Assembly: GCA_028286885.1 (NCBI GenBank)
Contig: JAQBQS010000003.1
Coordinates: forward strand, 44,607-108,606
Direction: 5' to 3'
DNA length: 64,000 bases
Source: Patescibacteria group bacterium
Lineage (GTDB): Bacteria; Patescibacteriota; Minisyncoccia; Phycocordibacterales; UBA1006
The notes under the pieces: model-generated
Told to the model about the DNA's origin: nothing
The model's input: only the letters and a program-made list of their open reading frames with translations
Databases searched by the model: none
Made by a program: the position numbers and the translations under genes
Shown: positions 28,265 to 38,939 of the stretch, in pieces
Layout of the letters: each line of letters opens with the position of its first letter
Numbering within the stretch: position 1 is the first letter of the stretch

Positions 28265-30148
28265 ATGTCAAAAATCATTGGTATCGATCTCGGTACAACA
28301 AACAGCGCTGTCGCCATCATCGAGGGCGGACAGCCGAAAATTATAGAAAACGTTGAGGGAGCGAGAACGACTCCAAGTATTGTCGCGCTTGCGAAAAATG
28401 GAGACCGATTGGTCGGAGCCTTGGCGAAGCGCCAGGCGGTGACGAATCCGGAAAACACGATCTTCGGAATCAAGCGCTACATGGGACACAAGTTCAATGA
28501 CGAGGTCGTGAAAAAAGACCTCGCTCATTCGCCGTTCAAAATTTCATCAGGCGCTGACAACGGCGTGTCCGTAAAATTCGGCGACAAGGAATATCGACCG
28601 GAAGAAATCTCGGCGATGATCCTTGCAAAAATCAAGGCTGATGTCGAGGCGAAACTCGGCGAAACGATCACAGAGGCTGTCATTACAGTCCCTGCGTATT
28701 TCGACGACTCACAGCGACAGGCAACGGTCAACGCAGGTAAAATTGCGGGACTTGATGTAAAGCGAATCATCAACGAGCCGACAGCGGCCGCACTTGCGTA
28801 CGGATTTAATTCCAAGAAAGAGCAGAAGATTGCAGTGTACGACTTCGGAGGAGGAACATTCGACATTTCAGTTTTGGAAGTCGGAGCTGATCTCGTAGAA
28901 GTTAAATCTACCGACGGAGATGCGCACATGGGTGGAGAAGACATCGATCGATCAATCATCGAATGGATTGCAACTGAATTCAAGAAAGAATCCGGAATTG
29001 ATGTCACCAAAGACGTCCTGGCTTTGCAGCGATTGAAAGAAGCAGCTGAAAAGACGAAACATGAATTGTCGACGTCAGTCGAGTCTGAAATCAACATTCC
29101 GTTCATCGCACAAAACGACGGAGTCCCGGCCCACTTGGTCATGAAAATGACGCGAGCGAAACTTGAGGAATTGGCTGCGCCGTTCATCGACAAGTCAATT
29201 GAAATTACAAAACGAGCGATCGAAGCATCACCGTTTAAGATCGGAGAAATCGACGAGATCATCATGGTCGGAGGACAGACGCGCATGCCGAAGATTGTCG
29301 AGGAAGTAAAGAAGCTTTTCGGAAAGGAACCTAACCGATCAATTAACCCGGACGAAGTCGTGGCACTTGGTGCTGCGGTTCAGGCTGGAGTTTTGCAGGG
29401 GGATGTCAAAGACGTACTCTTGCTCGATGTGATTCCATTGTCGCTTGGAATCGAAACGATGGGATCAGTTGCAACGAAACTGATCGAGCGAAACACGACG
29501 ATCCCAACATCAAAGTCGCAAGTATTCTCGACAGCGTCTGACAATCAGACATCGGTAGAAATCCATATCGTTCAGGGTGAGCGCCCAATGGCGGCTGATA
29601 ACAAATCACTCGGTCGGTTTACGCTTGGCGACATTGCGCCGGCTCCGCGAGGAATGCCACAAGTCGAAGTTACATTCGATATTGACGCAAACGGAATCTT
29701 GAAAGTGAAGGCACTTGATAAGGCGACGAATAAGGAGGCATCGATCACCGTCCAGTCAGGCGGGGGACTTTCAGATGCGGATGTGAAAAAGATGCAGGAA
29801 GACGCTGAAAAATACAAAGCCGAAGACGAGAAGAAAAAAGAGTTGATCGACAAGAAAAACACGGCCGACACGACAGTGTTTGGAGCGGAAAAATCGATGA
29901 AGGAATATTCTGACAAACTCGACGAGGCAACAAAGACTTCGATCAATGATGCCATTGCGAAGGTGAAGGAAGTAAAAGATGGGGAAGATGCAGATGCGAT
30001 TCATTCAGCGACAGAAAAGCTTTCCGAGGAGATGATGAAGATTTATGAGGTGATCCAGAAAGCGGGGCAGGCTGAACAGGCGGCTCCGAATGCGGAGGAA
30101 CCTTCAAACGAAGGAACAACTCCAGAAGGGGAAGGTGAGGCAAAATAA
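28265..30148 (+). CDS. dnaK: molecular chaperone DnaK (Hsp70)
   Basis: [18 protein letters not shown], and the complete ATPase, substrate-binding and lid domains. Confidence 0.95.
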   Translation: MSKIIGIDLGTTNSAVAIIEGGQPKIIENVEGARTTPSIVALAKNGDRLVGALAKRQAVTNPENTIFGIKRYMGHKFNDEVVKKDLAHSPFKISSGADNGVSVKFGDKEYRPEEISAMILAKIKADVEAKLGETITEAVITVPAYFDDSQRQATVNAGKIAGLDVKRIINEPTAAALAYGFNSKKEQKIAVYDFGGGTFDISVLEVGADLVEVKSTDGDAHMGGEDIDRSIIEWIATEFKKESGIDVTKDVLALQRLKEAAEKTKHELSTSVESEINIPFIAQNDGVPAHLVMKMTRAKLEELAAPFIDKSIEITKRAIEASPFKIGEIDEIIMVGGQTRMPKIVEEVKKLFGKEPNRSINPDEVVALGAAVQAGVLQGDVKDVLLLDVIPLSLGIETMGSVATKLIERNTTIPTSKSQVFSTASDNQTSVEIHIVQGERPMAADNKSLGRFTLGDIAPAPRGMPQVEVTFDIDANGILKVKALDKATNKEASITVQSGGGLSDADVKKMQEDAEKYKAEDEKKKELIDKKNTADTTVFGAEKSMKEYSDKLDEATKTSINDAIAKVKEVKDGEDADAIHSATEKLSEEMMKIYEVIQKAGQAEQAAPNAEEPSNEGTTPEGEGEAK

Positions 30149-30180
30149 AAAAGCCGCCTCGTATAAGGCAGCTTATAAAA

Positions 30181-30531
30181 TTAGATGTAAGCAGGATTGT
30201 GAAGTATTGAAGGCTCATTTCCTTCAAAATAAATAACAGGTGCGAGAATGTTCTTCATTCTTTTTACCAGGTTAGTTACTTTGTTGATAAGGATTTCTCC
30301 CAACACTCCTGAAAAGTTGTTCTTCTCCGTATCGGCGACAACAATGACCAGTTCGCAATCGAATCTGTTTTGTATGTTGCCTACCTTTACTGCGTCCTTG
30401 TTGCTTACTTCCTGAGATACTAAGTCATAGATTTCTGACATTTCTTCATTTGTGAATTTCATATATTTAGTTTTAATAGAGAAAATATAGCATATTGGCA
30501 TATATTTGTCAAGTTCACTCTTCTTTCCCAA
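30181..30531 (-). CDS. hypothetical protein
   Basis: 116-aa ORF convergent with dnaK. The start may be the internal MKFTNEEM. Confidence 0.35.
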   Translation of the reverse strand: MGKKSELDKYMPICYIFSIKTKYMKFTNEEMSEIYDLVSQEVSNKDAVKVGNIQNRFDCELVIVVADTEKNNFSGVLGEILINKVTNLVKRMKNILAPVIYFEGNEPSILHNPAYI

Positions 30532-30585
30532 GAAAACCGCTGTTTTCTTGGGTATAGAGGCCTGAATGCCTTATAATAAACCTTC

Positions 30586-31665
30586 ATGTCAAAAGACTTT
30601 TACAAAATTTTAGGAGTGGAAAAAAACGCCAGCGAGGCGGATATTAAGGCTGCGTTCAGAAAGTTGGCGCATCAGCATCATCCCGACAAGAATGGAGGTG
30701 ATGATAAGAAGTTCAAAGAGGTGAACGAGGCATACCAGACTCTTTCTGATAAAACGAAACGTTCACAGTACGACCAGTTCGGGTCAAACGGTCCGCAGTT
30801 CGGCGGACAGGGCGGAGGCAATCCGTTTGATGGCGGAGCCGGAGGTTTTGACTTCGGAGGGTTCGATTTCTCACAGTTCCAAGGAGGCGCTGGCGGATTC
30901 GAATTCGACTTGGGAGATTTGTTCGGAGGCGGCGGACGATCTCGTGCCAAACGCGGAAATGATATCGAAACGCAGATTAGGATTACCTTCAAGGAATCCG
31001 TCTTTGGCGTCGAGAAAACCATTGCAATGAACAAGGTTTCAACTTGCAAGACATGCCATGGAACTGGGGGAAAGCCAGGAACGAAAATGAACGAGTGCAA
31101 GAATTGCCACGGCCAAGGGCGCATCCAAAAGATGCAGCGCACTATTTTAGGTAACATGCAGACAGTGGTGGAGTGCGACGTATGCCATGGATCAGGAAAG
31201 GTTCCCGAAGTTAAATGCGAGACATGCCGCGGCGCGGGAGTCGTTCGCGACCGAGAGGAAATTCTCGTGAAGATTCCTGCAGGACTCAATACGGGCGATA
31301 CGCTCCGTATGGACGGTGCGGGCGAAGCCACGGCGCACGGGCAGTCCGGAGATTTGTTTATTCAGGTTGCAATCGAACCGCATCCGGTTTTCAAGCGGCT
31401 CGGGAATGATTTGATGATGCCGTATGAAATCAATCTTGCCGATGCGCTTCTCGGAAAAGAAATTGAAATTGAGACATTGGACGGGAGCGAAAAACTTCAC
31501 ATCCCCGAGGGAACGAACAATGGCGATCAGCTGAAGATTAAAGGGAGGGGAGTTGTTCACGGACGAAATCGCGGTGATCTTATTGTTGGCATGAAAGTAA
31601 AGATGCCAAAAAAACTCTCGCGCAAGGCACGAGAGCTGGTTGAAGAGTTAAGAAATGAGTTATAA
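30586..31665 (+). CDS. dnaJ: molecular chaperone DnaJ (Hsp40)
   Basis: J-domain with HPDKN, a G/F-rich linker, and four CxxCxGxG zinc-finger repeats ([32 protein letters not shown]). Confidence 0.9.
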   Translation: MSKDFYKILGVEKNASEADIKAAFRKLAHQHHPDKNGGDDKKFKEVNEAYQTLSDKTKRSQYDQFGSNGPQFGGQGGGNPFDGGAGGFDFGGFDFSQFQGGAGGFEFDLGDLFGGGGRSRAKRGNDIETQIRITFKESVFGVEKTIAMNKVSTCKTCHGTGGKPGTKMNECKNCHGQGRIQKMQRTILGNMQTVVECDVCHGSGKVPEVKCETCRGAGVVRDREEILVKIPAGLNTGDTLRMDGAGEATAHGQSGDLFIQVAIEPHPVFKRLGNDLMMPYEINLADALLGKEIEIETLDGSEKLHIPEGTNNGDQLKIKGRGVVHGRNRGDLIVGMKVKMPKKLSRKARELVEELRNEL

Positions 31666-31731
31666 AATTGTCAAGTAGCAAAAACCTTTCATTGCAAAGG
31701 CTTTTTGCGTATACTCTTTAAAATGCACATT

Positions 31732-31833
31732 ATGATAGCAACAATATTTTGGTTAATGTTTCTGGCTTTATTTATCATTGCGGGCGTAGGTGCGGGTTTT
31801 GTAAAACCTATCTCTGAATCCGAAATGAAATAA
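31732..31833 (+). CDS. putative 33-aa small membrane protein
   Basis: MIATIFWLMFLALFIIAGVGAGFVKPISESEMK. Upstream hairpin plus TATACT, and a downstream bidirectional terminator at 31854..31882. Confidence 0.3.
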   Translation: MIATIFWLMFLALFIIAGVGAGFVKPISESEMK

Positions 31834-31853
31834 AGAATACTTCCGTCAGTCGA

Positions 31854-31882
31854 AATGCAGACCCCGAGGTCTGCATTTTTTA
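31854..31882. terminator. bidirectional intrinsic terminator
   Basis: aaatgcagaccccgaggtctgcatttttt between convergent genes. Confidence 0.6.
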
Positions 31883-31887
31883 ATACA

Positions 31888-33312
31888 CTAAATCTTGGAA
31901 AGTTTTTGCCCCCCGTCCGTGTCCTTTACATCAAACCCATGCGTTTTTATTTCATTCCTGATTTCATCTGACTTGTTCCAATCCTTTGCGCTGCGCGCGG
32001 CCTCCCGGGCATCGAGCAACGTTTGGATTTCAGTTGAAATGACCATTTCAACTTCCTCTGCATTCTTGTCCAAGTCGAGGCCGAGAACGTTGTCAAAATC
32101 GAGAATCGTTGCTTTCTTGTCGGCATCAGATACATCGGCATTTTTCAAAAGTTCCCACACGACCGCGAGTCCGCCGGCGAGATTGAAATCATCATTCACC
32201 ATTTCGTTGAAAAGAATTTTGTAGGATTCTGAAACCGTTCCATCATCCGGCATCTTGGCAACGGTTGCTTTCAGTTTTTTCATCGCTGTTTCAGACGCTT
32301 CCAGATTGTCCCATGTGAAGTTCTGTTTTGAACGGTAGTTCGACTGCAGGAAGAAGTAACGAAGCGCGAGCGGCGAGAATCCTTTAGCGATGATGTCCTT
32401 CATCACGTACGCGTTGCCTTCGGACTTGCCCATCTTTTTTCCATCAACAAGGAGATGTTCGTTGTGCAGCCAGTAGTTGACGAAGTGCGCGCCGTTGGCA
32501 CATTCGGATTGCGCGATTTCGTTGGTGTGGTGGATGGGGATATGCTCGACGCCGCCCATGTGAACGTCAAACGTTGCGCCAAGGTGGTGGCGGCTCATGG
32601 CAGAACATTCGATGTGCCAGCCGGGGAATCCTCGGCCATTTTCAACGAGCGGGGACGCAAACGGCGACTCCCATGTCTGGAGTGCATTGGCGTGAACGCC
32701 TGCTTTGAAAAACCAAAGGGCGAAATCGTGAGGGTCTTTCTTGTCGGAATCGGTAACGGTTCCATGTCCCTCGCCGGATTCCAAGTGATCAAGTTTCTGA
32801 CCTGAGAGTTTCGTGTAATCGGGAAACTTGCAGACGTCGAAATAAACGGCGTGCGGCGTCGAGTATGCGAATCCCTTGTCGAGAAGTTCCTGCACCATCT
32901 GGATCATGTCGTCGATGTAGTGCGTGGCGCGGGTCGCGTGCGTAGGCGGGATGACATTGAGGGACGCGATGTCCTCGTTGAATGCCTTGATGTATTTGTC
33001 CGCGATCGCATCCGGAGACGTGTTTTCGCGCTTGGCGGCTTTCTCCATGCGGTCTTCGCCTGAGTCGGCGTCTCCAATATTGTCGCCAGTCAAATGTCCG
33101 ACGTCAGTATAATTCCGAACGAAATTTGTTTCGTATCCGTTGTACATGAAGACGCGTCGGATCAGGTCCGACATCACCATCGCGCGCATGTTTCCAATCT
33201 GCTGGTCCCAGTATACTGTCGGCCCGCAGTGGTACATGCCGACCTTGCCCGTCGCGATAGGCGAGAAGACCTCTTTTTTCTTGGACAACGTATTGGTGAG
33301 ATGGATATTCAT
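31888..33312 (-). CDS. cysS: cysteine--tRNA ligase
   Basis: HCGPTVY (HIGH-like), GWHIECSAM, KMGKSEGN (KMSKS). Confidence 0.9.
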   Translation of the reverse strand: MNIHLTNTLSKKKEVFSPIATGKVGMYHCGPTVYWDQQIGNMRAMVMSDLIRRVFMYNGYETNFVRNYTDVGHLTGDNIGDADSGEDRMEKAAKRENTSPDAIADKYIKAFNEDIASLNVIPPTHATRATHYIDDMIQMVQELLDKGFAYSTPHAVYFDVCKFPDYTKLSGQKLDHLESGEGHGTVTDSDKKDPHDFALWFFKAGVHANALQTWESPFASPLVENGRGFPGWHIECSAMSRHHLGATFDVHMGGVEHIPIHHTNEIAQSECANGAHFVNYWLHNEHLLVDGKKMGKSEGNAYVMKDIIAKGFSPLALRYFFLQSNYRSKQNFTWDNLEASETAMKKLKATVAKMPDDGTVSESYKILFNEMVNDDFNLAGGLAVVWELLKNADVSDADKKATILDFDNVLGLDLDKNAEEVEMVISTEIQTLLDAREAARSAKDWNKSDEIRNEIKTHGFDVKDTDGGQKLSKI

Positions 33313-33415
33313 GGGGAAATAGTACCAAGAATAAGGGGTTTTGTTGACTTGACAAGTAAATTATAAAGTGCTAATATCGTTCGGTAAAAGATCTTTAACC
33401 AAAATTTTATAAACT

Positions 33416-33736
33416 ATGCGGAAACAAGTTGCAGTCCAAGTGATGACAAAACCGATGACGCTCAAGGAACTTCTTGAGCACATGTATGAACTCGCGCTCG
33501 GAGGGTTCGCCGATTCACAGGCCTTCTATGATACGTTCAAGGAATACGACAAGCGATTCAGCACTCGGGGAATCGACGGTATCGAGAGGCAGGCGGCATA
33601 CGATTATCTCAATGGCAAAGAGGTCAGACTTCACGGGATAGGAGATCTCAATATCCAAAACGTGATCAGCATGTATGAGACGCCGCAGCTCGCGGTTTAT
33701 CCTTCGGAAGCGGAACTCGCAGAAAGCTCAGATTAA
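33416..33736 (+). CDS. hypothetical protein
   Basis: 106 aa. No homology recognised. Confidence 0.4.
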   Translation: MRKQVAVQVMTKPMTLKELLEHMYELALGGFADSQAFYDTFKEYDKRFSTRGIDGIERQAAYDYLNGKEVRLHGIGDLNIQNVISMYETPQLAVYPSEAELAESSD

Positions 33737-33744
33737 AAAACCAA

Positions 33745-33768
33745 AAGCGCCTCGTAAGGCGCTTTTTT
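33745..33768. terminator. bidirectional intrinsic terminator
   Basis: aaaagcgcctcgtaaggcgctttttt between convergent genes. Confidence 0.6.
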
Positions 33769-34657
33769 ATATCCACTTTTTATATGCGAAATAAATCTGC
33801 ATGATAACCAAGAGCACCACGAGGACGACGACGGTAATCCAGAATCCGTGTTCTCCTTGGAACAGGCGCGGCGCGTTATGCGCGACGAGGACCGTTGCCA
33901 CGAGCGTCAGAGGGAACGTTACGAACGCCATGAGCGTGAGTTTTTTTGTTACCTCGTTATTTTTCGCTGTTAGCAGCGAATCGTTCGTCTCTCGCAATTC
34001 CGACAAGACTTCGCGGCAATTCTCAAGCGCGCCTTCCACGCGCGAGAAATCCTTGTACACGCTGTCGCGGTCGACGGACTTCTTCCATAGTTTCTCGGCG
34101 TTGAGTTCGAACGATTTCAAAATGATGTGGTGCGAACGGATCGCCTGTTTGAAATCCAGAAGCCGGCGCGTCAGGTGCGAAATTTCCTCGACCATGCGGA
34201 ATTCGTGTCCGCCGAAGATGCCGCCTTCCACGCCCTTGATTTCCTTGCGGAACGATTCGAGCTCTTCGCGCAATCCCCGGTACAATTCATTGTTGATTTC
34301 GAGGAACAGTCCAGGGGTTGAGATTGCCGCCGCCATGCCGATTTCGAATTTCTTGGCGACTTCCATGATCGCGTCGATCGGCTCGTAATGCGCCGTAATG
34401 AGCAAATCTTTGGTTACGATGTAGTCGATCTCGATATCGCGCGTTTCATGCCGCATGGACGGGTGGTCGGGGTAGTGGAGCGCCGCGTAGAATCCGAGTT
34501 CGTTCGTTTCGGTTTTGGCGCGTGCAGTGGGCTGCGATAATTCCTCGGCCCAGCCGGGAAGGATTTCAAACTCGGCGACGATTTTCGAAATGTCTTCCGG
34601 AGTCGGGCTTTCAATGTCGATCCAAGTGAGGTTCTTATTCTTGATGAGAGTGATCAT
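33767..34657 (-). CDS. CorA-like divalent cation transporter with a degenerate GMN motif
   Basis: ~300 aa with a cytoplasmic N-domain and two C-terminal TM helices (KKLTLMAFVTFPLTLVATVLVAHNAP...WITVVVLVVLLVIMQIYF). The usual GMN signature position reads AHN. Confidence 0.5.
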   Translation of the reverse strand: MITLIKNKNLTWIDIESPTPEDISKIVAEFEILPGWAEELSQPTARAKTETNELGFYAALHYPDHPSMRHETRDIEIDYIVTKDLLITAHYEPIDAIMEVAKKFEIGMAAAISTPGLFLEINNELYRGLREELESFRKEIKGVEGGIFGGHEFRMVEEISHLTRRLLDFKQAIRSHHIILKSFELNAEKLWKKSVDRDSVYKDFSRVEGALENCREVLSELRETNDSLLTAKNNEVTKKLTLMAFVTFPLTLVATVLVAHNAPRLFQGEHGFWITVVVLVVLLVIMQIYFAYKKWI

Positions 34658-34713
34658 GGGATAATTTTAGCAATATTTCGTGCCGTTCGAATACTTGACT
34701 AAAATTAATTGAA

Positions 34714-35184
34714 ATGCTATTATGCAAAAAACTTAAAAATATGAATCAAGTATTTCAAGCAAGAAAGTACAACTCCGGGCGATTGTTTTCGGGATTCAAG
34801 GCGTCATATATGATTCTCAGACAACATAAATTTCCATGGGAGTATCCTCAAAAAGAAGAGGCATACCTCTGCAGATATGATAGTGATCGTGTATTTCGCC
34901 AAGAAAACGAACGTGCAAAAGCCTGTGCTGTCAAATATGTAGGCAAGGATTACCGCAACGAATACGACCTGGTCGCGTGGATCCAAAAGGCAAGGCATGA
35001 GAAAGTGATATCCTTCATCCAGGAATTTATCGAAGCAGACTCTGCCAAGCAGTGGACCGGTTACAGGATCATGCTTACAATGGAACAAGGCTGGCCGATA
35101 CTTACCCTGGAGATGTACGCTCAAACGAAAGAAAGCAATACTAAGGTTTACAGCAGGCGCATCGCACCGAATGTCGAAGCCTAG
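34714..35184 (+). CDS. hypothetical protein
   Basis: 156 aa. No homology recognised. Confidence 0.4.
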   Translation: MLLCKKLKNMNQVFQARKYNSGRLFSGFKASYMILRQHKFPWEYPQKEEAYLCRYDSDRVFRQENERAKACAVKYVGKDYRNEYDLVAWIQKARHEKVISFIQEFIEADSAKQWTGYRIMLTMEQGWPILTLEMYAQTKESNTKVYSRRIAPNVEA

Positions 35185-35282
35185 CTAAAATTATCAAGAT
35201 CTGTCCGCACATGTGCACGGCAGGTCTTTTTTACTGCATGGGGCTTGCAAATTCTGCGACCTCGTGCTACGATGATCCCACT

Positions 35283-35681
35283 ATGGCAACAGCTAAAAAG
35301 ACGACCAAAACGGTCGCAGTCAAAAAAACAGCGGCTAAGAAGGCGGCCCCAAAGGCTCCTAAATCTGGTCCGTTCGCAGTCATTGCAACCGGCGGCAAGC
35401 AGTACCTCGTTCGTCCGAACGATGTCATTACCGTCGAGATCCTTGACGGAGAGTTCAAGGCGGGGGATTCAATCTCATTTGACCAGGTTCTCCTGATCGA
35501 TGACGGATCAACGACAAAGATCGGCGCTCCCTACGTAGCCGGCGCATCAGTGAAAGCTGCATTCGTCGAAGCCGGACGAGCTGCAAAGATCGACGTGATC
35601 AAATACCAGCCGAAATCTCGATACTACAAGAAGCGCGGTCACCGACAGCCTTTCATGAAGTTCAAGATCGTTGGGTTCTAA
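35283..35681 (+). CDS. rplU: 50S ribosomal protein L21 with Lys/Ala-rich N-terminal extension
   Basis: FAVIATGGKQYLVRPNDVITVEIL... is the L21 core. It is preceded by MATAKKTTKTVAVKKTAAKKAAPKAPKSG. Confidence 0.85.
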   Translation: MATAKKTTKTVAVKKTAAKKAAPKAPKSGPFAVIATGGKQYLVRPNDVITVEILDGEFKAGDSISFDQVLLIDDGSTTKIGAPYVAGASVKAAFVEAGRAAKIDVIKYQPKSRYYKKRGHRQPFMKFKIVGF

Positions 35682-35693
35682 CTTGATTTGAAA

Positions 35694-35718
35694 AAGCAGG
35701 CGGAAGCCTGTTTTTTTG
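35694..35718 (+). terminator. intrinsic terminator
   Basis: aagcaggcggaagcctgttttttt after rplU. This argues against the 35688 ORF start. Confidence 0.6.
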
Positions 35719-35744
35719 TTGGACTTTTTTCGATCATTGCCAAA

Positions 35745-38207
35745 ATGTGGGAAAACACCTATGATTGGGCCTATATGGCTTTCGGATTTGAACTATTTAA
35801 GAAACAAAACAAAAAAGAAGAAAAGATTGAGACCTCTCCTTCGCGTCAGGTTGAAAGCATTGAAAGTCGTGAGGCTGAACTTCACGTCATTGGCAATATT
35901 CGAAAATATGGATCCAAGTCGATTCGCAACCTATTCATCGCGATCGCTCTTGTCATGGGCGGAGCCGAATCTACGAGTTCGTTCTTCGAACCCGCTCGAA
36001 AAAATAAACAATATGCTTACGAGGCGGAGTCGCGTCAGGAATTCGAATTCCATAAGCAGGAATTCTCGAGTATCCTCAGTCGCGACGAATACAAAAAGTT
36101 CGTTTCTCTTATGGATAATCATATTATTTCGACTCACGACTTGGTCACCAACGGCGACTACCGTGAGGAGGTTATTTCTCTGGGGAATGAATTCAGTATG
36201 ACGGCGATGGATCTCTACTATCTGAGTGATCCGGAGATTGAGCGGAATGTTATGAGTATGTCGATTGATCCCGAAATAAAACGTTCGATCCATTCGATTG
36301 CAACATCCAGCCGAGGCAAATATAAGCTCGACTTCGGTGCTCTTTCTGTTTCGAAACCCGAGCTTATGAAAAATCCTAAGCATGTCCAAGCCCTCGAACG
36401 CGCTGCAAGCCTCGGTCTTAAAAATGTTCCCGGGTCGCTTGATAGTCTCGAACGGATTAATGACGATGCATTTTACAGTTCCCTCAAGCAAATCGCTGAT
36501 GCGCACGACGTCTCGTTCGATGCAGACGTTGTTTACGCTGAGACGAAAAAGATTTCCACACTCAATGACTTTCCAAATGTCATGGCAAACATTGACGGGT
36601 CGACGATTGATTTTGCGTTAATAGACTTTGCGGCGAGCGGCAACAGCCAATTTTCCGCGTGGGACGGTGCACTAGCCAGTCCGCAAAACCTTGAGACATT
36701 CAAGGAATTTCAGAAGAGGGGATATTCCGTGATATCTCTCCTGAACTCGAGCTTTTATTTCGCTAACACTGACGAGTTTTTCCGTTCGGAGAATACTAGA
36801 CATCTGTATTCCATTATTGCGGACTATGTGGATCGCAAAGATCTAGCAAATACTGAAATCTCGTCCATTGTGGGAACAATTATGCGTTTTTATCGGGAAA
36901 AGAACAGCAAGGATTATCATGATGTTAACCTTGCTTCTGCTGAGATGGATCTGAAGAGGCTCGTTCCTAATGAAATTGTCTCCGCGGACGAGCTTGAGCA
37001 CAGGCTAAAGAAGGATGGTATTTATGAAAATATCTTTCTTCCGCTCGTGGCTGAGACCGACTCGACTGATCGCCTCGAAAATAACTTCATGGGCGATCCT
37101 GCACTGAAGTATGTCCGGGATCTCGGCTATCACAAACATTCTCCAACGTCCCTTGCCGGGATGTCTGCCCGCGAGCGTGCCTCCTGGATCATGCAGACAT
37201 GCCGGGCCATGGAGGTGGCAAATGCCAAGTGTACTCCTGAGAACTTCGACAGTACGCTCTGCTCGATTATGGAAACCAGGAGCAATCCGGAGATGCAGAA
37301 AATGCTTCTTTTCAAGGGCAGGAACGTAGCTTATATGGCAAATAACGAGAAGATGGTAGTTCCCGTCGACAGCGCACATGATGGAAACAGGTTCGGCAAG
37401 AAAAAGACACTCGAGTCGCTTAAAGCGCAGCATCCTGCATCAATGCAGCTTTTCCGTGCCGATTTCGCATTAACGAATGTCGAAAGTCAGAAGAAGGCGT
37501 TCTTCGACTTCGTATCAACCCAGAAAAACGTGACGATTCTCGTTGATGCACACGGCTCGCCCGACGGCATTTATTTTTCCGAAGGGGTACCAGACGCAAA
37601 GGGAAATGCACAGGCAATCGAAGGAGCCAACAAGATCGGCAACTACGACATTGCCCAGGCTCTCATCGAGCGCTATACCAAGCACGGGATCCGCGACAGG
37701 GCAGTCCTGGTGGAGAATGCCTGTATGAACTTCCAGTTCATTCAAGGGCTTTATGACAGGATCCAACAGTACAATAAGGAATTCAAGACCGACGTACCTC
37801 TCCCATATGCCGTAGGTGTTTCTGAATACGGCCAGTATGGCTTCTCGACATTTGAAAACGACTACGGTAATGCCTTGTTCGGTGACATGTTCTCAAATGG
37901 CAGACCTGTCACCATGCAGGATATTATCGATATAGAACACGACGGCAAGGGAATGCTCTCGAACATTTCGATTTTTGCTCCTCACAAGTCCGAGTTATAC
38001 GAGAGTGTGTTCAAGGAAGTTATCGATGCCAAGCCGGCAGCTACGTCTCCTTCCCGCGCCACATCGCACAATCCGCAGGAGCAGTCGCATTCCAAGTCCA
38101 AGATTAAGACTTACCACTCAGTACAGGAAAAGGTCGTTCGCGAGATTCCTTACCAAATCGCTGACGCGTCCAATCTCGAAAGGGACACCGACCAAAACAA
38201 TGCATAA
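35745..38207 (+). CDS. large hypothetical protein (820 aa) with a possible C-terminal caspase-like His/Cys peptidase domain
   Basis: VTILVDAHGSPDG (hydrophobic strand plus HG) followed ~58 aa later by AVLVENACMNF (hydrophobic strand plus Cys), the spacing seen in clan CD peptidases. ATG at 35745 (ttgccaaaATG) lies after the rplU terminator. Confidence 0.5.
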   Translation: MWENTYDWAYMAFGFELFKKQNKKEEKIETSPSRQVESIESREAELHVIGNIRKYGSKSIRNLFIAIALVMGGAESTSSFFEPARKNKQYAYEAESRQEFEFHKQEFSSILSRDEYKKFVSLMDNHIISTHDLVTNGDYREEVISLGNEFSMTAMDLYYLSDPEIERNVMSMSIDPEIKRSIHSIATSSRGKYKLDFGALSVSKPELMKNPKHVQALERAASLGLKNVPGSLDSLERINDDAFYSSLKQIADAHDVSFDADVVYAETKKISTLNDFPNVMANIDGSTIDFALIDFAASGNSQFSAWDGALASPQNLETFKEFQKRGYSVISLLNSSFYFANTDEFFRSENTRHLYSIIADYVDRKDLANTEISSIVGTIMRFYREKNSKDYHDVNLASAEMDLKRLVPNEIVSADELEHRLKKDGIYENIFLPLVAETDSTDRLENNFMGDPALKYVRDLGYHKHSPTSLAGMSARERASWIMQTCRAMEVANAKCTPENFDSTLCSIMETRSNPEMQKMLLFKGRNVAYMANNEKMVVPVDSAHDGNRFGKKKTLESLKAQHPASMQLFRADFALTNVESQKKAFFDFVSTQKNVTILVDAHGSPDGIYFSEGVPDAKGNAQAIEGANKIGNYDIAQALIERYTKHGIRDRAVLVENACMNFQFIQGLYDRIQQYNKEFKTDVPLPYAVGVSEYGQYGFSTFENDYGNALFGDMFSNGRPVTMQDIIDIEHDGKGMLSNISIFAPHKSELYESVFKEVIDAKPAATSPSRATSHNPQEQSHSKSKIKTYHSVQEKVVREIPYQIADASNLERDTDQNNA

Positions 38208-38223
38208 GTATGTCAAGAAGACC

Positions 38224-38246
38224 GCAAGCCCTCGCTTGCTTTTTTC
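38224..38246 (+). terminator. intrinsic terminator
   Basis: gcaagccctcgcttgctttttt. Confidence 0.55.
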
Positions 38247-38289
38247 TTGAAAATGTTATATAAAGTTCTAAATCAAAAACAGAATAAAC

Positions 38290-38859
38290 ATGAAAAAATT
38301 AAGCATTATTCTTTTCTTACTTGTTACCGCTACGTTTTTTACGGGCTGCAAGAAGAACAGCAGCTGGAACGTCATCGTCGACAGAGACTATCGCATGATA
38401 ATCTCCAAAAGCAATGACCAGTCGGTCGATATCCTGCGCAGCATGTTCGGCGGGGAGACAAGCCAGGCCGTATTTCGCCTCAACAGCGACAAGACAGGCA
38501 CTCTCTCATTTGGGAGTCAGTCGTCCGGTTCAACGAATGTAACGATTGTCACCAATGTTTATTTCAGCAATGGAAGCTACTACTGCGAAACAAAGGGCGG
38601 AACGAGCTACCAAATCGGAACTTCGGGATTCACGCCGGTTTATACGTTTTCGTGGTCGAGGCCGACGGACGAAACACTCAGATTTACATTCGATGTTGAT
38701 CCGGCGACGTACAACCAGGATTTCGGGCAGATGCTTCTCAATCTCTCAGCAACCACGTATGACGTTTATCGGACGAACGGATGCGTGATCTGCAGTAACG
38801 AGGCTGTTACGATCAGAAATAAGTATGCTTATTTTGATCTGGTGATTATGCCGCTCTAG
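38290..38859 (+). CDS. hypothetical lipoprotein
   Basis: Signal peptide with lipobox (LLVTATFFTGC). Confidence 0.5.
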   Translation: MKKLSIILFLLVTATFFTGCKKNSSWNVIVDRDYRMIISKSNDQSVDILRSMFGGETSQAVFRLNSDKTGTLSFGSQSSGSTNVTIVTNVYFSNGSYYCETKGGTSYQIGTSGFTPVYTFSWSRPTDETLRFTFDVDPATYNQDFGQMLLNLSATTYDVYRTNGCVICSNEAVTIRNKYAYFDLVIMPL

Positions 38860-38939
38860 AAATAGAAAAAGTAAAAGCAAGTGAAAACTTGCTTTTTTAT
38901 TTAAACATGATATAAAATAACAAATCAAAAACTAAATAC

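Noticed and set aside
30678-31331. 217-aa Pro-rich minus-strand ORF inside dnaJ
   Set aside because: Antisense of the dnaJ Gly/Phe and zinc-finger region. dnaJ is unambiguous.
35688-35744. ORF-track start of the 839-aa protein at 35688
   Set aside because: It would place the rplU intrinsic terminator (35694..35718) inside the coding region. The ATG at 35745 follows ttgccaaaATG.
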